DNA of 64,000 nucleotides. Source: Methanobacteriota archaeon. Its GTDB lineage: Archaea > Thermoplasmatota > Poseidoniia > Poseidoniales > Poseidoniaceae. Within the stretch, counting starts at the first letter, position 1; the number at the start of each line of letters is the position of its first letter. The notes below the pieces were generated by a model. It did no database searches and was not told the origin of the DNA. It was given only the letters and a program-made list of their open reading frames with translations. Shown here piece after piece: positions 8,971 through 15,753 of the stretch. The DNA is taken from positions 3,278 through 67,277 of the forward strand of contig PBKJ01000023.1 in assembly GCA_002722135.1 (NCBI GenBank), read 5' to 3'. The translations under genes were made by a program, and so were the position numbers.

Positions 8971-9609
8971 ATGCGCCTTCGCCACGGGACCTCTGAGGCG
9001 CCCTTGCGCCTTGCAGTGCTGGCTTCGGGGTCCGGCTCTGGGATGGAGGCCCTCGTTCGCTACCAGCAGGCCAAAGAGTCGCTTCACACCACAGTCGTGG
9101 TCGTGACGGACAAAGCAAACGCCGGCGCCATTGAACGCGCCACAGCGCTTGGTTGTGAGGTGGAAGTCGTTCCTTTGCCCAACCTAGAGGACCGCGTGGC
9201 CCGTCGCTCGGCCCACGAGGACTTGATTCAAGCCAAACTGGGAGCCTACGACGTTGAGGCTATCGTGCTGTCCGGATGGATGAGGCTGTTGACGGCTGCC
9301 TTTGTTGAGCGATGGAAGGGCCGTTTGGTCAACATCCACCCGTCGTTGCTCCCTGATTTTCCTGGCGCGCACGCACACCGCGACGTCCTCGAGGCAGGGG
9401 CGACCGAAAGTGGATGCACGGTTCACTTTGTGGACGCTGGGATGGACACTGGACCCATCATCGCCCAAGCGGCCGTCCCTGTGCTTGAGGACGACGACAT
9501 CGCACGTTTGGCAGCTCGGGTGAAGGCCGAGGAGCATCGCTTGTACCCACGCGTGCTCGATGCGCTGGCGTCAGGAGCCATCTCGTTCGATGCCCCGCTG
9601 TTGCCTTGA
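8971..9609 (+). CDS. purN: phosphoribosylglycinamide formyltransferase PurN
   Basis: Contains LRLAVLASGSGSG, the NIHPSLLPDFPGAHAH motif and GCTVHFVDAGMDTGPII. ATG 8971 is preferred; the track start is 8923. Confidence 0.9.
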   Translation: MRLRHGTSEAPLRLAVLASGSGSGMEALVRYQQAKESLHTTVVVVTDKANAGAIERATALGCEVEVVPLPNLEDRVARRSAHEDLIQAKLGAYDVEAIVLSGWMRLLTAAFVERWKGRLVNIHPSLLPDFPGAHAHRDVLEAGATESGCTVHFVDAGMDTGPIIAQAAVPVLEDDDIARLAARVKAEEHRLYPRVLDALASGAISFDAPLLP

Positions 9610-10140
9610 ACGCACCGCGTCGAGTTCCTCAGGTGTGTTGGCCGTGGCCAGGTGGTCCGCAGCAGATTCGAGGGGACGGTCTTCGAGTTCATCGAACAAG
9701 GCCTCAACCCGTCGTTCGGCATCGGGCACCGCCACCCAACCTTCCGGTATGTGGCTGAAGAGCACTTGGCGACGGCCAGATGAATCCAAGGGAACACCCT
9801 CGGGCATGGCCGCGAGTTCGGCAAACCCTTCTCGGTCGATGGAGACCGCGTCGCACGGCGTCAACACCACCGAAGGCAGATCGCCGTTGAACACGTGAAC
9901 CAACACGTCATGCAAGCACGTGGCGTGTGCAGGGTCGTTCAACACCACATCAGCGTCGGCGGTCCATCCTTCTCGTTCGAATTCCTCGCCACGCGGCTGA
10001 GGTCCTGCGAGCACAACGCGAGGGGTCAGGCCCGCTGCTTTTGCCTCGGTGAGGATCCTTCGAATGCCACCGGCCATTCGGGCTTTGTCCTGCCCCATCC
10101 TTCGGCTCTGCCCGCCGGCGAGCACGACCAACCCGACCAT
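9571..10140 (-). CDS. MobA-like NTP transferase (molybdenum cofactor guanylyltransferase family)
   Basis: The N-terminus MVGLVVLAGGQSRRMGQDKA is the MobA/CTP-transferase signature. It is the last gene of a tight 4-gene operon, and its 3' end overlaps purN tail-to-tail by 39 nt. Confidence 0.6.
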   Translation of the reverse strand: MVGLVVLAGGQSRRMGQDKARMAGGIRRILTEAKAAGLTPRVVLAGPQPRGEEFEREGWTADADVVLNDPAHATCLHDVLVHVFNGDLPSVVLTPCDAVSIDREGFAELAAMPEGVPLDSSGRRQVLFSHIPEGWVAVPDAERRVEALFDELEDRPLESAADHLATANTPEELDAVRSRQQRGIERDGS

Positions 10141-10144
10141 GGGC

Positions 10145-10354
10145 TCACCTCATGGCTTCCAGGGCGTCAAGCGCTTCGGTCAACTCGTCCAGCAAACCTC
10201 GAACGCGCAGCATCAGCACTTCGCGTTCCTTGGAAGAACGTGCTTCAGGCAGCCACGTCAGCAGACGGCGGACGTCCGCTGCATCACGGTTCACGGTCCA
10301 TTGCAGGACGGCTTCCCGCACCGGGTCTTCCGTGGGGAAGAGCGACTCCGCCAT
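10145..10354 (-). CDS. hypothetical small helical protein (69 aa)
   Basis: An ORF sits 4 nt upstream of the mobA-like start and 9 nt downstream of the preceding stop. Its composition is non-shadow-like (MAESLFPTEDPVREAVLQWTV...LDELTEALDALEAMR). Confidence 0.4.
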   Translation of the reverse strand: MAESLFPTEDPVREAVLQWTVNRDAADVRRLLTWLPEARSSKEREVLMLRVRGLLDELTEALDALEAMR

Positions 10355-10363
10355 AGACTGAGT

Positions 10364-11011
10364 TTAGGCAGCACCGGCATCAACATGACGCTCAAGCCAT
10401 CGTTCACGCAGGCGTTCGAACATGCGGCTCGGGGCGTCGACGGACGCCACCATGTCATGGACGGCAGGCCCGACGTCTTCGGGAGGGCCCGTCATCACGA
10501 TGACGGCCGCGTAGCGGTGCCACAAGGGCGCTTGCGCCGCCATGGCCAGCAACCACGCTTCGTTCGGCCCTCTGCCTGTGGCGCGGCGAATTTCCTCAGC
10601 CGCGTCCACGACCGGAGCCAGCCCCACGTCATGTTGCAGCAGGGTCGAGAAGACCGTCCAGCGCTGGTCGCCCAAGGCGTCCTCAGGAAGGTTCGCAAGC
10701 AACATCCCTGCCAGTTTCCTGTGTTCTCTCCCCCCCCGTTTCCACAGGGCAGGGATGCTCTTCGCCAGGCGCCTCCACCGTCCCTCGGCGAGGCTCAGCA
10801 AATAGGACGCCATGCGCCGGAGCACCTCATCGTCAAGACCGTGCGCAGGCGGGCCCTCGCTCAGCTCATCGTAGCGGTCCAGGTGGTGCCGCATCGCGAG
10901 GCGATCGCCCATGCCGTCGTAGACCCGCTCCATCCGCTTTGGCAAGGCCCTGGGCCTCGGCAGCTTGGGAAGATGGCGGCGCAGAGCCTCATCCACGGGG
11001 TCTTGACTCAC
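10364..11011 (-). CDS. hypothetical helical-repeat protein (possibly AlkD/HEAT-like)
   Basis: The 215-aa product is all-helical by composition. Its start overlaps the upstream stop by 4 nt. The family assignment is speculative. Confidence 0.5.
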   Translation of the reverse strand: MSQDPVDEALRRHLPKLPRPRALPKRMERVYDGMGDRLAMRHHLDRYDELSEGPPAHGLDDEVLRRMASYLLSLAEGRWRRLAKSIPALWKRGGREHRKLAGMLLANLPEDALGDQRWTVFSTLLQHDVGLAPVVDAAEEIRRATGRGPNEAWLLAMAAQAPLWHRYAAVIVMTGPPEDVGPAVHDMVASVDAPSRMFERLRERWLERHVDAGAA

Positions 11012-11499
11012 GCTCGCTCCCGCCTTGAGAAGACGATCGTGCTGAGGTCGGTGATGGTCTCACGCACCCGTTCGATGGCCTTTGGATCGCTCAATCGGAG
11101 GCGGGCCATCTCTCCGGCTTGCTGCAGGAAATGTTCGTGCTCCTCAGGCGTGATGTTCATCACGTCTTGGAGGTGCTCGAGCACCCTGAACTCATCGCGG
11201 CTCAGCGAGGCGTTGAGCAAAGCCACGGCCACCACTTTGCTGTAGGCTTCGCGCTGCTCATCGTGATCGATGGGCTGTCCTTCCGGCAACGGAGCGCCGT
11301 CTTCGACGGCGGCGTAGGCCTGTGCTGGCTGCTCTTCTTCCAGCTTGAGTGCCGTCGCCAAGCGAATGGCCAGACGCTTTTCTTCCCTGGTGAGCACCCC
11401 GTCTGCGAGCATGACCTCAATGGTGGACCGGAAGAGGTCAAGCCGGTCAAGGTCGGGACTGCGGGGGCTGGGCACATCGTGGCTTTCACTTGCCTCCAT
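11008..11499 (-). CDS. TerB-like (tellurite-resistance TerB superfamily) protein
   Basis: Two TerB-type half-repeats are present: IEVMLADGVLTREEKRLAIRLATALKL and VALLNASLSRDEFRVLEHLQDVMNITPEEHEHF. Confidence 0.5.
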   Translation of the reverse strand: MEASESHDVPSPRSPDLDRLDLFRSTIEVMLADGVLTREEKRLAIRLATALKLEEEQPAQAYAAVEDGAPLPEGQPIDHDEQREAYSKVVAVALLNASLSRDEFRVLEHLQDVMNITPEEHEHFLQQAGEMARLRLSDPKAIERVRETITDLSTIVFSRRERA

Positions 11500-11563
11500 T
11501 TGAATGCATTCGACGGCATCGCAGAACGGCTGGAACCTGCCTTCACGTTGAAGGAGGGTTCAA

Positions 11564-11665
11564 ATGGAAGGCTCCGTGAGGGTTGGCTATCCTTACACTC
11601 ACGCCGCCGCTCCGTGCGGCGGCTTCCTCCGCCTCGGCGGAGATGGGCGAGCGGATGCAAAATGA
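11564..11665 (+). CDS. candidate 33-codon upstream ORF in the dnaG leader
   Basis: AAGGAGGG (11551-11558) lies 5 nt before ATG 11564. The ORF encodes MEGSVRVGYPYTHAAAPCGGFLRLGGDGRADAK. Its TGA (11663-11665) overlaps the dnaG Shine-Dalgarno. It is too short for the ORF track and could be a chance ORF. Confidence 0.2.
   Translation: MEGSVRVGYPYTHAAAPCGGFLRLGGDGRADAK
11603..11642 (+). other. two adjacent GC-rich hairpins in the dnaG 5' leader
   Basis: Hairpin 1 is gccgccgc-tccgt-gcggcggc (11603-11623), an 8-bp perfect stem. Hairpin 2 is ctccgcc-tc-ggcggag (11627-11642). Both were read directly from the sequence. Confidence 0.45.
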
Positions 11666-11676
11666 GGTGAAGAATC

Positions 11677-12915
11677 ATGTCAAAATCACGAGGAGGCCGC
11701 GGTGGCGGCGGGAACAACAGCGGACGAGGAAAGGCCACGGCCATGAAGTACGAAATCCGGGCGGACATCAAAATCAACGGCAGCGTCCAACGCAAGGACA
11801 TCATTGGGGCCATCATGGGCCAAACCGAGGGCCTCCTCGGCGATGACCTTGAGTTGCGCAAGCTCCAGCGCACCGCGCGCGTGGGTCACGTTGACGTTGA
11901 AATGAACACCAGCGGCGGCAAGGTGCATGGGATGATCATCATCCCCAGCAGCCTCGACAACGTCGAGACCGCCATCATTGGCAGCGCGTTGGAGACCATC
12001 GATCGCATCGGTCCTTGCAACGCCATCATCAAGGTCCTCGAAATCCGCGACATTCGTGCCACCAAGCGCACGGCCGTTGTGGAGCGCGCGAAGGAACTGC
12101 TGCTTGACATGGTCAACAGCGGCGAATCCGCCACCAAGACCGTCATCGAAGAGGTTCGCTCCGTGCTGACCGTTGGGCAGGCCAAGGCCTTCCATGGTCT
12201 GACCTGCGGGCCGAACGTCGAGTCGAGCGCCTCCCTCATCATTGTGGAAGGGCGCAACGACGTTCGAAACCTTCTGAACTGCGGCATCAAGAACGCCATC
12301 AGCGCCGACGGTGCGGGCGACATCAAGCAGGAACTCATCGATTTGGCCAACGGCAAGGACACGGTCATCGTCGCCATCGACGGCGACCGTGGCGGTGAGA
12401 TGCTCTTCCAGCAACTGAACGGGACGATGAAGGTCGATTTCGTGGCGCAAGCCCCGGTTGGCCAAGAGTGGGAATTGCTCCCCCAGAAGACCGTCACGGT
12501 GACGCTTTCGAAGAAGGAGGATGCCGCCAAGTTCGCGGCACGTCTCGCCAAGAAGCAGAAGGAGGACGACGCCAAGGCCGGCGTGCCCGACAAGGATTGG
12601 GCCGAGGGCATGGACGAATCCTTCGAAGCTCCTGAGGAAGTCAAGGACATGCTGTCGCTCATCGACGGCTTGGAGAAGAACCACGCACAACTCATCATGG
12701 CGGACGGTGAGGCGAGTGAGCCCATTCCAGCGGGCGATCTTGCCGAGGTCGCTGAAGAGGCCGATGGTGCGGTGGCCATCGTTGTCAACAGCACGATCAA
12801 TGCGCGCATGGTGGAAATCGCCTCCACGGCAGCCATCCCAACGCTCGTGGGAACGAAGGCCGGAAGGGGCTTCAAGGCCGTTGATGACGTGGACGTCTGG
12901 TTCCAAAAGGCGTGA
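11677..12915 (+). CDS. dnaG: archaeal DnaG-type primase (TOPRIM)
   Basis: Contains KYEIRADIKINGSVQRKDIIGAIMGQTEGLLG (conserved archaeal DnaG N-terminus) and a TOPRIM domain (IIVEGRNDVRNL, VIVAIDGDRGGE). ATG 11677 is supported by GAGGTGA 6 nt upstream. This start adds an RGG-rich 22-aa extension; the alternative is ATG 11743. Confidence 0.9.
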   Translation: MSKSRGGRGGGGNNSGRGKATAMKYEIRADIKINGSVQRKDIIGAIMGQTEGLLGDDLELRKLQRTARVGHVDVEMNTSGGKVHGMIIIPSSLDNVETAIIGSALETIDRIGPCNAIIKVLEIRDIRATKRTAVVERAKELLLDMVNSGESATKTVIEEVRSVLTVGQAKAFHGLTCGPNVESSASLIIVEGRNDVRNLLNCGIKNAISADGAGDIKQELIDLANGKDTVIVAIDGDRGGEMLFQQLNGTMKVDFVAQAPVGQEWELLPQKTVTVTLSKKEDAAKFAARLAKKQKEDDAKAGVPDKDWAEGMDESFEAPEEVKDMLSLIDGLEKNHAQLIMADGEASEPIPAGDLAEVAEEADGAVAIVVNSTINARMVEIASTAAIPTLVGTKAGRGFKAVDDVDVWFQKA

Positions 12916-12920
12916 ATCGG

Positions 12921-15596
12921 TCAGCGAATTCCACCTGCTGATGGCAGGTTGATCGCCTTGCTCAGCCGTTGGACTTCCGCCCGCAACGCGGACGTTTCAG
13001 ACGATGACGGCAGATCATGCTCGTCTTCACCGAGCGGCAGCCGCCAACCTGGCCCAGGAATCCTGTCCAGCGCTGCTCCGAGTGCAAGGGCATCCTCGAG
13101 CAGCCCGTGGCCGTTGGGTAAATGCCGTGCCTGCAGCCTCAACGTGGTCCACGCTTCAAGCGGTACGACCATGTCGCTCAGCTCCGCCATCAACTCCCTC
13201 TGAGCAACGGTGGCTCCGTCCAAGGCGTCAGGCGTCAACCGCAAGGCCAACCGGAGCAAGCGCGTCAACCTCAGATCCTTCGGTTGTTCTTGCACATGAG
13301 GGCCCAGCGTGCGGCGCACACTCCGTGCGTCCATGGTTGCTGGAGCCTCAAGGCCGAGCCGAGAAAACAAGTCAAGGAGAGCAGGACGCACATCTTCACG
13401 TCCTTCGCTCATCGTGGGCGAAGCAGGCTGTTTCGCCGTCGAACGTGCGGGTTCGTGCACAGGCAAAGCCTCGGACGTCTCCTGTTCGCCGGCGCCTGCC
13501 TGAGCATCGTCGTGCTCGACCATGGCTTCCTCAAGATGTTCCGGAGCGTTGGTCGGTTCACCTGCAGGGTCTGGCGTTTCCATGGGTTCAACGGGCGCTG
13601 AGGATTCGGGAACGACCACAGATGCGGGGGTCGTTGTGACCGCTTCATCAACGGACAACGCCGTTTCTTGTGCTGCGACAGCAGGCGGCGAGACCTCGGT
13701 CGCTGATGTTGGCATGGTGTCCGGCCTCCATGCGCGCCACGTGGGCGCGTCCGGGTCGGGAGGTGAAGCAGCGAGTTGGCGTGCGAGTTGAGGGAGATCG
13801 TGGGCGAGGTCTGCCAGGGCCTCAGGACGTCGCATGCGGTCCAACACGTCCATGCCAAGTTCGCTGTCCCGTTCCCAAGGCAACGCCTCCAACCTACGAC
13901 GCAGCCGGCGGTGATCGCTCACCGCTTGGCGAAGTCCAGGCATGGCCATGCCGACGTCCGTGGGGTTGTTCGCCACGCGTTGCTGCAAGGTCTCTACGTT
14001 CCACCCAAGGGCAGCCCATTGCTCGAGTTCGTGCAGGACACGACGTTGGATTCGACCCTCGATGCCTCCGTCTGAACGTCGCGACGTGGCACGTGTTCTC
14101 ATCGCGTCGACGCGGCGCTCAGCCTCTGCGAGATTCATCGAGGGGGGAGGCGAACTCGCGTCCGTCCAGCCACGCCGTCGCAGGTCGGTCCACTCATCGA
14201 GGATCAGGGCCCGATGGCGCGATGTGCGGCGCTCCAATCGCGTGGTCCATGCATCAACTTCGTCGAGCAGCGCTTCCGTCAGGTCAACGGTCCTGAGCAG
14301 CTCATCGTGCCGTGTTCGGCCCTCTTCCCCCTCCACGGAGAGGTCCAGCGCATCCATGCGACGGCGCAGATCGATGGCTCGGTGCACCAGGCCTTGGTGT
14401 GCCTCCAGACTGTGCAGTGTTGCAGCAGGGTCGTGGCGAACGCGAGCATGCCAGGCCTCGGTGTCGAAGCCTTCCAACTCCCACGCCTCGAGCATCGTCT
14501 GGGCTTGGGCGGTGGCTTGCCCCCAGCTGGCGTGCAACGCATCGACCTGATCGATGAAGGCCTCGGTTGCCTCGAGGTCACCCGCCAAGGCCATGGCGCG
14601 TGCGGCCTCCTCTGGCCGGACGGAGGCGATGTCGTTCAAGCGCCGCCATGCCACGCCATGGCGGGCCCTGAGGCGCTCAACTTCCTCGAAATTGGCTTCC
14701 CAATCGAGCAGATCTTGCGGCAAGGCTCGGCCGTCCAGCGGCAACCTGTACCCCTCCTTTCGCCAACCGTCCAGCGACGCGTTCAGGCGATCGAGTCTAC
14801 GCTGAAACCCGTCGACAATCCGGCCGACCTCCGCCTCAAGTTCTGCGGTTGCCGTCTGGTCACCGGCGGTCGTCACCTCCTTGACGCGGCCCAGCAAGCG
14901 CTCTGCGATGCTTCCGTCGAAGGGCCGCACGTCGCGATCTACCCGCAGTCGGATGCGTTGAATATCGTCGCTCAGCCGCGTCCACGCTTCGAGGGCATCG
15001 TAACCGTCAAGCAAAGTCGCGGAGGAGAGCGGAGGAACAGGCAGCCCCTCAGCGATTAAGCGGTCCACCGTCACTTGCATGGCAGACCTTTGCTTCTCTT
15101 GGTCGGCTTCCACGTCGAGCAAGGCTCGGTGAAGGTCGGCGTAGTCTGCAGGGCTTCTGAGCAATCCCTCAAGGCGATGCACATCGATGGCGAAGGCAGG
15201 GTCGAGGCGATCGAGCCTGCGCACCACCTCGTCCAATTCGCCCTCCCGGTTCATCTGGGCCCATGCCTCACGCGCTTGTTCAGCCACCAAACCGTAGGGC
15301 CGATGTTGACGGCTCCACGCCGTCCATGCCGATTCACAGCGCTCCAGATCGTTGAGGTCCTGTTTGGTTGGTGCGGTTGGCGGAGGCGCACGTCGCGCAA
15401 GGGCTTCGTCGACGGCCGCCGTTTGCTCGTTGAGGCGCGTCAACCTTCGTCCGCGCTCATCGAATGCCTTCAGCACAAGATCTTGGCTTCCGGGGTTTGC
15501 CTCCAACTCCGCTTTGAGGAGCGTGACGTCCCATCCGGCTCGGGCACGGTCCGAGACGGGGTCGGCTCCCCCCTCCTCGCCGGCCCCTTCCTGCAT
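12921..15596 (-). CDS. large hypothetical repeat protein (891 aa): helical W-x3-G-aromatic modules, a P/E/A-rich linker and a C-terminal domain
   Basis: A long frame with normal coding composition. It contains about 7 recurrences of a G-[WFY]-[DN]-[VT]...L...[DN]P type module. I do not recognise a family. Confidence 0.7.
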   Translation of the reverse strand: MQEGAGEEGGADPVSDRARAGWDVTLLKAELEANPGSQDLVLKAFDERGRRLTRLNEQTAAVDEALARRAPPPTAPTKQDLNDLERCESAWTAWSRQHRPYGLVAEQAREAWAQMNREGELDEVVRRLDRLDPAFAIDVHRLEGLLRSPADYADLHRALLDVEADQEKQRSAMQVTVDRLIAEGLPVPPLSSATLLDGYDALEAWTRLSDDIQRIRLRVDRDVRPFDGSIAERLLGRVKEVTTAGDQTATAELEAEVGRIVDGFQRRLDRLNASLDGWRKEGYRLPLDGRALPQDLLDWEANFEEVERLRARHGVAWRRLNDIASVRPEEAARAMALAGDLEATEAFIDQVDALHASWGQATAQAQTMLEAWELEGFDTEAWHARVRHDPAATLHSLEAHQGLVHRAIDLRRRMDALDLSVEGEEGRTRHDELLRTVDLTEALLDEVDAWTTRLERRTSRHRALILDEWTDLRRRGWTDASSPPPSMNLAEAERRVDAMRTRATSRRSDGGIEGRIQRRVLHELEQWAALGWNVETLQQRVANNPTDVGMAMPGLRQAVSDHRRLRRRLEALPWERDSELGMDVLDRMRRPEALADLAHDLPQLARQLAASPPDPDAPTWRAWRPDTMPTSATEVSPPAVAAQETALSVDEAVTTTPASVVVPESSAPVEPMETPDPAGEPTNAPEHLEEAMVEHDDAQAGAGEQETSEALPVHEPARSTAKQPASPTMSEGREDVRPALLDLFSRLGLEAPATMDARSVRRTLGPHVQEQPKDLRLTRLLRLALRLTPDALDGATVAQRELMAELSDMVVPLEAWTTLRLQARHLPNGHGLLEDALALGAALDRIPGPGWRLPLGEDEHDLPSSSETSALRAEVQRLSKAINLPSAGGIR

Positions 15597-15722
15597 GGGA
15601 ATCCATCCGTCATGCCCTCACCCCGCTCTTCAACCTGTGCGCCACTGTTCCACAGGAACGCTCCTTCGGCGTAGGTGAACGGGTCACGAAACGCGGACGA
15701 GCGACCGCGGCCTGACGGAGAG

Positions 15723-15729
15723 CATAAAG
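15723..15729 (+). promoter_or_regulatory. TATA-box-like element (CATAAAG) centred about 27-28 bp upstream of ATG 15754
   Basis: The position is consistent with a leaderless archaeal transcript for the TPR gene. Confidence 0.4.
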
Positions 15730-15753
15730 GGGCCACGAAACCGAACGGTGCCG

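Noticed and set aside
11686-12906. 406-aa and 329-aa minus-strand ORFs
   Set aside because: Both are antisense to dnaG, whose TOPRIM and N-terminal motifs are unambiguous.
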